The notes beneath the pieces were generated by a model. It saw only the letters and a list, made by a program, of their open reading frames with translations, made no database searches and was not told the origin of the DNA. The position numbers and the translations under genes were made by a program. A DNA stretch of 64,000 bases from Fimbriosthenelais zetlandica (lineage: Eukaryota): contig OZ365118.1 of NCBI GenBank assembly GCA_977030845.1, positions 3,906,001 to 3,970,000 on the forward strand, read 5' to 3'. Positions 14,818 through 26,700 of this stretch are shown here, piece by piece (position 1 is the stretch's first letter; each line of letters begins with the position of its first letter).

Positions 14818-14892
14818 CCGTCAACAATCAACCAGCTTCCAACAGCCATATTATCTCCTATCAAAGCCGGAACTGTATTAGAGCGCTTCTGA
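14818..14892 (-). CDS. Small secreted precursor, coding exon 2
   Basis: cccattgtctatag| (G)QKRSNTVPALIGDNMAVGSWLIVD(G) |GTAAGG. 75 nt, phase 2-2; contains a KR dibasic site. Confidence 0.65.
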
Positions 14893-16991
14893 CTATAGAC
14901 AATGGGTATATATATGGGGGTGGCAGTGAGGTATTGGGGGTGGCAGTGAGGTATGGGGGGGCTGTCATGATATAGGACCAGCAGTCATCCATCATTCAGT
15001 GTATAGATATAGGGGTAGCTGAGACTTTACCAAACCTGTCACTCACCTCCAACTGATTAGGATGCGATCAGATGATCTGCTTACATTTACCTACACATTA
15101 TCAGCTTATCAGAGAAATAAAAACACCAAGCAATCATCTCCCCTCACCCTCTAGAAGGTGCATGGTTAAATCATGATGAACCATCTCATTAAGTATAGAG
15201 AAGGTAATACGGCGCTTAGCGCCTGCTTCTTTCCGCGGCTGATATGGCAGGGTCAGACCTGGGGTTACTTCTAATATACGAGCAGCTCACAGCAGGAAGT
15301 AAAAGCCTTTGGTTAGGGAGTTGCTCCTATAACTCCTTATAGAGTTGGCTCTGAAGCTTAGCACTGCGATGAGAACAATCCACGACCAAGTTTCTCATTA
15401 CGAAAGGCATTTATCATCCCACTATAAGGAAATCTACTTGTACAGCGGACATTATCTGGCAGATGGTTGTAGGGTTGAGATTCCGGCAAACAAGGCACTT
15501 GACGGAATGCCCGGGTAGGTACTGAGTACAATAGGGTACTGAGTGCTATAGGATCATCCATGGTATGGCTGTGTATCATTGGGGGCTTCAGTGAGCAGAG
15601 GATGGGCAGGCGGGAGGAAGTAATGCTCAAATAACCTGCCATAAGTAGAAACTTATACAGGAGATAAAGGCAACCAAAGTGTGGAATCACAATAAAGTAA
15701 ATAACCGTAAAGCAAATAATTGCTCAGCTTCTGTCGGTAACATTCTGTTCCCTTGTTAATAAAAGCAGTATTGGGTCTGTGGTTGGTTGGACTGGGCTGT
15801 TTATTTGTTATAAATCAACATTGTTGGTACGAGTGTTGCTTATGGGTGGTAGTGAGAGGACATAGATATGGAGTCAGGCAGGATTTACTTTGATCATCTG
15901 TCAGATGAAAACAATCAGGCGGCCATGGACATTGTGTACATACATGTCATCTATATGCGGACTGACCAACACACATTACCCTCCATATATGGGAGATGCT
16001 GGCCAAGACAGAATATACATAAAACAATGCTTCTGTATGTTTCTATACTAATATATAGAATCTACAGCCGCACTGCATCAACATGCAAACATGTATGTAT
16101 AATTGATTAGTACAATAAGGGGAATAGCGGAGCGACAATGGCCTGGAATTGCTTCTGATTGGCAATAAAATTCACATGACAGTCATGCTTGGTTTCGTCA
16201 GCTGAAGTAGCCTTGGTTTGGCCATTGTTAGGCGTGGTTTCCATTTGAGTGCAGTGCTGCATATTTGAAGAGCAGCCTTCAAGGATCAGCCCACTTATAG
16301 ACTTCAATGTCGCTGTCTTGATAAGGCACCATTTGGGCTCCATCAATCAACATTAAAATACTACCCATTGGGCAGAAGGAAATACGTGGCCGCTAAGTCT
16401 ATGGGTGAAGCTATCAATAGGACATACTGGGGTTATTTATGAGGGACTTTGTGACATATATTGCTGAGTGTATTCTGACCATTTGAAATGGATGATCAGA
16501 GCTTGACAGATCGTGAAGGAAGGCCCAGAGGGCTGCCATTATAGATTTCATTCAATATTTATATCTCATCAGATAAACTGCCTACTTCTCATTTTTCAAC
16601 CAAACAATGGCATGATGGATGGCTTTTTTACTTATCCTCCCAACTATTGGATGACTTAAAAATAAGACAATGTGGAAGGATGAAAAAAAACTACTAGCAT
16701 TGATTTAAGATTAGAGGTACTCATAGTACACATCCACATATGAATCGTCATATATCATCGTCCATTGTTATAAATATTTCCAAATGTCACTTATTCCTAT
16801 GTGGAATAGTCATATATAAGTAATAAACTTGAAATACAGCTGCGCAATTGCAAACAGAAAAATTGACATTTTCATTAAAGATGATTGTTTTTTAAGTATT
16901 ATAAATTGCAAGCAAGTAAGTTATGGCAATATTATGGCACTGGTAAACAGAGGCATGGTACTGGAGAATGGAGTGATATTTAAACACCTAC

Positions 16992-17101
16992 CCTCCTTCT
17001 ACTGGCTGACCTTCCAGAGACACCACATAACCGATGGAACTTTTGCCAAGGACCAGAAACATCATACAGCAAGTAGCCACAAATGCAAAGGCCTTGGCCA
17101 T
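16992..17101 (-). CDS. Small secreted protein/peptide precursor, coding exon 1
   Basis: Strong Kozak (agcATGG) with an in-frame TGA 15 nt upstream. MAKAFAFVATCCMMFLVLGKSSIGYVVSLEGQPVEG(G), donor GG|GTAGGT, phase 2; signal-peptide-like N-terminus. Confidence 0.65.
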
Positions 17102-17399
17102 GCTCGGACTTGGTCATCTAGGAATCTATCCAAGCTTTTCTCTCTTCAAAGAATAGCCGTGGGCCTTGGGGGAATAATAAAGCGTGCGTTCAAATGGTGG
17201 ATTGACGAAGAACGGAATAGACAGTCCTCCTCCGCTAACTGGTGGTATGTCCTAAGGTACATATAAATCACCGGTACTTCCCATGTGTGATGGATGGGGA
17301 AGATCTAGTATGCCACCCATCGGCATTCCGCATTATAAACCCAAAAGCACAGGTGTGAGGAAACGAACTCTACTTTCTCACTCTTTCCCCTAGTTATGT

Positions 17400-17780
17400 T
17401 ACTCCAGATGGTGGAAGCAATGCTCAATTGGGCGAGGAGAGCGTCGCAGTGGACCTCTTCCACCTTCCCCTCCTACTCTATGAGCTAGTCTGGCTGAGGG
17501 AAGCTATGAACTCGCACCAACTCAGGCTGGCAAGAAGGGAGCAGGTTTGGCTGAGCGCTCACTGCCTCAGAGAGTTGAGGACTGTTTAGTTTGGGTGTGG
17601 TGGAGGGAGGGAGCGGTGGTCGTACTACTAGTGGTTTGGGAGGCGACAGTTGGCACATAGAACTGCCGATTTCTTCTCCTTAAGACCAAGTTAAGTTCTG
17701 CTGTTTTGTAAGGGGAGGAGGATTGCGCATGTGCTGGAGGAGGAAGACATGCGCATTGATTGTGGAAGGATTGCGCTTAC
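17400..17780. promoter_or_regulatory. GC/CpG-enriched patch with paired NRF1-like motifs, candidate promoter of the secreted-precursor gene
   Basis: TGCGCATGTGC (17724-17734) and ACATGCGCA (17747-17755); lies 300-650 nt upstream of the ATG at 17101. Confidence 0.4.
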
Positions 17781-20700
17781 TGCACACATATGGGCTTCAA
17801 TCTTCTGTGAAAGAGTTACAGAAGGAAAGATGGTGATCCAAAGAGCATGTCTTTGGATCACCATGCACCTGATTTCTCACACTTTCGTGTCTTTTTGAGG
17901 TCTGATCCCAAATACATGTTTATGTTGCCTTCTGTGTAACTTAAATGTAGGTGCTCTATAACATACACACAACAAACCAACACCCTGAGGAGGGAGACTG
18001 GGGAAATGCCTTGGATAGCTCCTGGGATTGAACAGCCAACCTTTTGAATGAGCTGGCGCTCTAACCAGCTGAGCTTAATCCCTTCCCTCAGGTCTTTAAC
18101 TTTTAACTGTCCATCCTTAATACTGAGAAGAACACACTTTCATCTTAATGTTTCAAAAGATGCAAAATAATATTTTGGAGTCACCGAACAGACCTGTATA
18201 AGTTTTGAAAAGAATTATTTAAGAGTTTACCTGGGGGAATGAATGAGTGACCACTGAAGGCAGCATACAGGGCGTAAAATGAGTGAAAACACTAGTCATC
18301 TCCAGGGACGCTTTAGGCTTAGTGTGCTCTGGTGACCTTTTGCCATATTTTGCAATAAGCCACATATGTTTTGAGTGATACAAGAGCATATAATCCCCCA
18401 CGGGAGTAATGCATTAATGTCCACATTCAATAAGTAAACTTCATGGGATCAAACCATCACAGAAAACAGGTCAACCTTAGGGTTTTTCTGAAGTTTTCAT
18501 TTCACATAATGGCATGGCTTTGAAACGGAAAAGTTGAGGGCACTCTTCAATGTATTACTTATGAGTCCCCATTTGTTTCAAATGACTATGTTTTGTTTAA
18601 ACAAGTCTTAATGTTTTATATCTGCATTAAGAATCAATGAGGAATCTTCTCAACCCCTGCCCCTTACAAACAGAGCAAGAGAAACAGTTATTACATCGAC
18701 TACTTTCCAAGACAAATGGAAGTATTATCCTAACTACCACATATATCCAATATACATATTAAGTCTAAATTCCGACTCAATAGGAATTATTTGACTCGCC
18801 AAGTATATGTCTGATGTCTATACCCGTGGGCTAGAATTGGTTTAAGAGGAGACTTATAGTAGAATTAGCCATATATATGTGGCCTCTACCCGGGGGCCTC
18901 TATACTGAAGAACTCCCAGACTAACCAAATAAGTCACTGTTGACTTCTATCTTTATGAAGACATTCACATGCATATAAAAATACTTTCTTCATAGCATTA
19001 AGAGAGTTATAGACATGTTACAGGCCACATAGGCTTACAGAATTATACTCAGATGTCTAGCACTCAAAATGAGAACTTTTTGAAGGGGGATGGGAATTTA
19101 TCATTCAGATGGATTATTTCTCTCGTTTGGGGAAAAGATTGAGAAAGAGAGAGAGTGAGAGAGGGGGGGGGGGTGTATGTGCTGGGGCAATTAAATGGCA
19201 GTATATATATAGTCACAGATTCTTGATGTGTGTGTTGGAAATATGTCTTCGTCTACAGCGCTTCGTACAGCTTATTTTGAGGCCTCTCAATGCTACAGAA
19301 GTAAGAAACTATCAGAACATATCGTACAGCAAAATGTCACATACAGTCCTTCTAATTGTTCCTGTGTAGAAATATCACCAGAAGCTTTGAACCTGGCATA
19401 TTTACAAGACATCAATTGATACAGTTTGCAGGATATTTCCTCAGAAATACTCAAGGTAACTTGGTTAGGGTCTTCTTCCTCAAACACAATGGTAATTGCG
19501 ATTATTTGAGACGGACATTTCACATGTGGGGAGAAATATATGACAACAGAATAAGTGGTTTCGTTGTCCATCTTTTCTTTGCCATATGCAGACACTGATG
19601 CAGTGCTGTAGTCAGAAGGGTCAGGAGAATAGGTCCAGGCTTGGTAATGCATGATTGGCAATGCAATGGATTTCTACAAACATTCTAACCCAAGACTTAA
19701 CGAAACAAAAGTGTCATCAGAGCCTCAGCCCGCATTTCATGTTTGCTTTATCTGACAGCAAGTTCAACAAGTAATCCATCAGTTTTTAAAGGAAAGATGG
19801 ATTAGCTTTAAATAATGCAGGTTCTTAATGTAAAGAGAATAAATCCCAGATATTGGTCTTCGTCTATGTTTGTAAAAGACAGATTCATTCTGCTAACAGA
19901 TCTATTCATCATTAAACGCTAGAAAGTATTTTTCATCAGGATCTATACTGTTATGATGTCAATTGATCCAGATTGACAAATGTATTTAAATCTGCTATGG
20001 GACATTTAGAACCAATTTAAGGGTGGAATTCAGGACATTGGGCATTAGCATTAGTACGATTCACCATCTAGATAAATCAGTACAAGCTCTTAAAGCTGAC
20101 ATGAATCTAGCCATCACAGAGCGACTTGGGACTTGGTCTACAAAGCAAGAAGAAACACACCTGACGCTGACAGTCTGAGAAGATGCCGAGTCACGAGTAC
20201 TCGAGCAACCCGAGTGGTTGTTAGTGGGTATCACCCATACTGATGAGGTGGTTATCGATGGTTGGTATAGACAAGCTAACATGTCTACCTCACATGTGGG
20301 CCTTAACATCCCTCTCACATCTCAGTCGCTGTTTGTTGTAAGCATCTCCCCACATACTATAGTCCCATGATACTACAATCTAATCCAAGCTAATGACTAT
20401 AGTGGATAACTTCGAAAATGGCCAATTTCACGACAGAATATCATTGATATTTTTAATAAATATTATCCTGGAAGTACATGAGACTAAATTATAAAGCTTA
20501 CAGAACTTAATGGTTTTAAGGTTTATCTTCCATTAATATGTATAGTCATGAGAAGTCAGATGGAATAATTCCTCTCCATACAATGTAGAATTAAAACAAT
20601 ATTCCTTACTCTATGATGTGTATACATATATTGTAAGGCAAAGGCGAACCTCAACACTTTGAATGGAGGCGACTAAGGTTTTCTTATCGATCCAGGATAA

Positions 20701-23700
20701 TTCTAGTAGGGCCTGCCCATTAATACAAAACATGGAACAAAGCAATCCGTCTCCTATACAGATCTAAATTATCTCCCAGAAATAAAGTGGAATAAAAATA
20801 ACTGAGGCAAGTTTGTCTCAGTGTACATAGTAATCTTAGACTATGTTCATATAGTTGGGTGTGCATTGTCCTAAAGGAAACATATACTTTATCATTTTCC
20901 TGATGTCTTGCCTCTTTGATTTAAACTCCCAATTTCTGGATTCAACAGAGAAAGGACACCGCCCCACTTGAACTTAGTGCAAAACCTGAGGTTTCTAGTT
21001 AGTTCTATTGGACATATAGGGTGGAATTAGCGACGTGTTCATTAAACTTCTTACTAAGTATAATTAACACTCACTGATCAGAGCGTAATTAGAACGGCGT
21101 TATGAAAGGAAGTCATTTAGAGATTCCTTCTCTCAAGTAACCCCACTTATTCCTTCAATGAATGTCTCCATCGATTAAATCTAGAATGACTGGGCTAGGT
21201 TTGAGTGAAGGAGGAACAGGGAACAGACATGTGAAGGGCTGGAATGAGAAGGGAGTGTGACAGTATAAGCCTAGTTATAAATACACAACCGTACACAACC
21301 CGGGAGAATATCTAATCAATATAACCCCCTTTCATTGTGAATAACCTTAAATACAGGCCATTTATTCTGTATGAGAAACTTGTATAACGTTTTACTTTAG
21401 TTTCTTCCTCTGTGACTGACATTAGTTTGTGTATGAATGAGCTGTCAAGAGACCAAGCATTCAGATCGTTTTACTTTCATCAGTATTGTACATTCAAAAG
21501 GGTTTTACTTAGAAATAAGCTGAGAAGCTGATATAGGTTGAGATGAGCATACATAATGCAGCTTCATAAAGAGCTGTACAAGGAAATGTAATGTTGGATG
21601 GGTAGTTCAACAAATTATTAAAAAAGGCACAGAAAAATAAATGCAAATTTCTTAATAAATACATATACATAGGAACCTATTAAGTATTATCAGTGCCAGG
21701 TTTCAAGGGAATTTTCATGCAATAACCTGAGTATTATATCATAGTTAAGTGTCATTAAAAATTCACTATTGTTTAAAATAGATTTTGGTCAATATATGTG
21801 AAGTGTATCCTAAATCACAAGGTACTGCCTGGTGCAAACTTAATGATGCATACTAAATGCTCACATAAATGATTAACTCTGTTTACAGTGTACAGAATTA
21901 CATTAAAAATGACTTCATTTTTGCCGTCACTCATCCAGGAAGTTTGAAGGACTGACCTCTTTTTCGGGGGGTAATCAATATGCATCATTCCAACCAAAAT
22001 ACAATTTGTAATCATTGTCAATTGCTCACATTTTCTCAAAGTTTAAAACTGTAATCTTTAAGGTCAGACTGTGTGACCATTGCCCATTATGATGCTCTTA
22101 TATTTTTCTAATTGCTTCCTTTATTGGTGTGGGATGGCATGGGTAATAATTAATGTTTCTGCTCACGAAGGGAGAGGAAAAATCTGCTGAATCCATGCCA
22201 GGACCTGAAGTATTTACTAAGGTGTATTGTGAAATATGAAGCTTGGACATTCAATATTTCATTGGAAGAAAAGTGAAAGCAGCATTAAATATATTGGGAG
22301 AAAATCTTCCGTTTAGAACTTTGGCAACAAGTTCTGGGCGCTGTAGATGTCGTATGACCTTGCCATGATTTTAAGATCATTTTCATTTAAAATCCTGGTC
22401 TTTTAAGCTTTGCTTCGTCACTATGCGACAGGAGGTTTGATGTTGGAATTTCACAAGAATGTGAATCACCCAAAGGGTGGAGTAATTACTCTTCCTTTGT
22501 ACAATGGAGAACACATTGATCCAGCATCTTAAGTGAGCTATATGGATCCAAAGTGATTATACTTAATATTCTTATCAGGGATGAACGCTTATGACTTAAA
22601 ACAGTTGATATAATTACCAAGGTAATTAATGCTTTAAAGTAAAGTACTGCCACCATGGATGGCAGGGGGTCTGTACATGTGTGTAGCCATAATATAAAGG
22701 CATTTTATCACTATTAAGTATCTCAATATGAACCATAAAAGGCCTGTGATATTCTGTTAAGGTTTGCTCTCACTAAAACACCAGACCTATAAAGATAAAC
22801 GACATGCTCGACAGCATACATTTATCTTCACCTAATATATAATAAAGTCTCTTATTTTAGCAGCAAAAGGCGAGCACAATGATAAAGTTATGTGTCATAT
22901 AAATCCATTCAGTTTCATCAAAATAATATATACATAAACATCGATCATGACTGACAGTATTCTGTTGTGTGTCATGCAAGAGTGGATGCAGGATGTAGGC
23001 TGGTCTCAGTGGAGCGACTTTAAAGTCAGCAACCTAATGAAAAATAGTCTCGGAGGAGGTCCATTTCTTGTCTAATCCACCCACAAAATCCCAACAATTC
23101 TCATCTATGCATATTAAACATATCAAGACTGATATAATCTTAAAGGTGTTGAGTATTGTGTACAGGTTTGTAGTACACACCTCACTAACACACACCATCT
23201 ATATTCAATACATTGGAGATGGGACAATGGGAAACAAGCCAAATAGACCGATCCGACAAGGGCCAGATCTGAAGGCCATGGGTAAGTTGTTAAAGGAGGG
23301 CTGGTCAGTCTGGGGGGAGGCTGGCGAGGCAGGGGGCCCATTGATCCGTCCCTCAGCTTATAAAAAGCTCATCATTAACAAACAAGTTTCCTCTGCTGCC
23401 CACAAGGCTTATACATCCTCATTGAATGCGATGCGTGTCTTATCAATCTCCTCCCAGACTGGGAACTGTATGAGAGGAAGCCCCATCTCTCTATACCACT
23501 TGATTACAAATGGAGGGAATCAGGGATGGAGGGGGGAATAACTATAATGGAGGGAGGACAGGCAAGGCCAGCGGGATCAGGACCTGTCATGATTTGTTTT
23601 TTCTCTCCATCTGATCTTTGCTTTGAAGGATACTGTTTTTATGGATGTATGGGAAGGGTCGTGACATAAGTCTTTCAAGAACAAAGCTTCATCGGTTGGT

Positions 23701-26700
23701 AGCATCCATTAATACTGGTACAGCATCTGGGATGATGATGGGGCAGTCGTGATGGGAGATGCAAGAGAATGTTACAATATTGCTGCCATGATGTATACAG
23801 GGGACATCGCCTAATAATGCGGTGATTCGGTGACAGATTATGGTGACTGATTATGGTGACAGATTATTGCTGAAAAGACCAGGACACAAATGATGTGTTT
23901 TACAATGAATCCTGAATAAAGTATCCTTTCAGATGTATATGCTGGAAGGAGACTGGAGGAAAGCATTTGGTAAGGCAATAGAGACTTGAATGTGATAGAA
24001 GTGTATAGAGCAGAATATAAGGTAACTTTACCTCATTCATCAGGTCTGTATAAAGCCTATAGAGCGTCTAGAGGTCGGTGTCTAGTGGAGGGAGTTTTTA
24101 TATTAATATAGCCCGTGTGTTGAGATGGGGGTTGATCTAAAGCTGGGAGACGCGGCCATGTGACCAATACGCCTCCCTCAGGATTTGTTAGTGTTGGAAA
24201 GATGAGCCAAGGGTCGAGACAAGGTTGTTTGTCTCCAGTCAAAAATCACTTGGTGTTTTTGATCTGGGAGCTTGGTCGGGGGAGGGGTGGGAAAAGTGGG
24301 GAGGGAAGACTAGACGGGAAGACAGGTGGGATCAGGGGGAGGAGTAAAACATGGGGGAAAGAGTGAAAACTTAACTTGGGATCAAGCTGGATGTTTGGGC
24401 TGATTCTAGTGTGTTTTTTCATTGAATTATTCCAAGGACTTAACATGGGATTAATGAAATAAGAAAGCCCCAGCCAGAGAGTGAAAATCTGTCTGCACAC
24501 TGAGGCTATTGAACCTAAAAACTTTGGGTTCAAGAGTCTCCCCTGAATCAGCTTAATATCTCAATATTATTAATCACATCTCAGGAGAAAATTGTCTCCT
24601 TTTCCTTCAGTCAAAACTCAACCTGCATAACACCTACTTTGATGTATTTCTCATTTGAAATGTGTGCCTCCCATTCCCTCTCAAGACTTGTCAAGATGCT
24701 GAACTGTGTCAATCCCACAATAGTGTCAATTCAGATGATTTCAATAGAACTGGTGGTGAATTATTACCTTGTCTTTGTAACCCACAACTGACTAGCAATC
24801 AATCATCAGGACTCTGACAGCAAACTGCTCTCTTCTATAAGTATAAAAGCTTTATACTGCCACTGATAGTGGAGAGAAGAACCAGACATCTAATTCTCTC
24901 AGGCTCGACTATGAAATTCATTCACAATGTCTGGTGCAAACTTTTAAAACATCTTTACTCAAAGTGTTTAGCAAAGATGATAGTCTTGCACATGTATATA
25001 TGTATTTTTAAGCAGTCTGGCAACTCAAATGGGGGATGGTTCTAATGTGCAGCAACTTGGGGATAGCCGACATCAGCACTAATACAGAAGGAAGAATTTT
25101 TTTCTTCTTTATAAAATATGGATGATTTCTGCGGTGGAACAGCAGTTATGTTACCTGCAAATTATGCCAAAACAAACATTGTCAGCCACTATGTTGCATG
25201 TACTGATTTAAGATCTGATTTGAGGATAATATTTAGCAGCTTTCACGATCAACATGCTGGGATCATTCTAGATCTTCTTCAAAGAATATTCTTCAAAAAC
25301 TTTTGTTTTCATTCATCTGGCATGACTGAGAGGGGAGCGTGTTTGGGTGGGGAGAAATCACGGATCTGCTGTTAAATAATACGGCCATTTTTTGGGGTTG
25401 ACTCCCAGTGGGTCACGATCGGGGAAGAAATTAGGTTAGGTTCAGCCAATTTCCTTATCTCACTCAGCCATCCTGGGCACATTTAAAAGTTCAAACCCAA
25501 TTTTGCTGATAACTCTTCTCTCTGAGAACTAAAAGATTATAAAATTCAATAATTGTCCACTTAAATGATCTTAAGACAGATTCATGGTGAGATACTAAGG
25601 TGTATTGAAGGGGATATGAACATTAGTGGCAATGATATGCAATAGTTCCACTAATAAAGACTCAGATAGCGTGGGTGTGCAGCCATCCTGACCATTCCGC
25701 CATTGTTCATCTTATCTTAAGTGCGATGAATAGGAGAATATTTGAAATAACAACCACTTCTTAAACAGAATGCCTTCCATAATTCATCAATGCAATCAAT
25801 TTAAGATGTGCTAAGGACAAAGAGTCTATGGCAATGTAGAAATGAGCAGTGGAGTTGAGAGATGTAAATTGAGAAACTCATTTATTTCTCTGTCATTTAA
25901 TTGTCTTTCAATGTTCTCATTATGTAGTAATGGGACTACAGGGAGATGGCCAGCATGCCAGCAAGTCATAAACCAAAACTCACTCCCCAACATGAAATAA
26001 GTCCCTTAGGTCAAAAAAATAATTACCTACCTATAAATATGGACTGAACACTGAGGTAAAACAAAAAGTATAGCGCCAGGACCAAAGGCGCAGGAACTCT
26101 ATGAGGCGCAAGGGAATAGACATACATCAGATAGCGTGTTTTTCTTGGGGTTTTCCTACACTAATCCTTTCCTAATTTTATGACTCTGAACATATCCTCC
26201 CTAACAAATTCTTCAAAAAATATTAAAGCCTAAACATTTGTACGATTGAATCTGAACAGTGGTATTTATAGCACATATATACCAGAGAAAAAATAGTTCA
26301 AATCATAGTATGTCCACAAACGTGGAATTCATGATTCCAAATAACATGAGGGATATTCAGTTGTGTGTATATGAATTCATGTCATGGATTATTTTTTAGA
26401 GTCATACTAATATTTACACCACCCCCCCCCCCCCACACACCCCCCTGCTGGTTAGGCTATACCATGTTTATTGTTCGTCACGAGTTGCAAACAAGTTTTT
26501 TCTCTCTATTCATCAGCTCAATATTCTTGATGATGGCAGGCTTGTTTGCTAACGCACAAAACTCTTTTCCCACCTCCAAAAAAATCTGACAAGTTTGCTG
26601 AATATGCCAGAAATGATATCTTCAGTCAGGAGGTTTTTTTTGGTTATACAAATCAGGTACTACTGATGGAAAGGGGTGATGGTAATAGCCAAGAAAGTCC

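Noticed and set aside
16829-17266. 145-aa plus-strand ORF
   Set aside because: It is better explained as the antisense shadow of the signal-peptide exon on the minus strand; it has no recognisable motif.
23068-23541. 157-aa plus-strand ORF with internal MGNKP and a GTAAGT donor
   Set aside because: It starts at a non-ATG codon, has no recognisable domain, and no linked exons were found.
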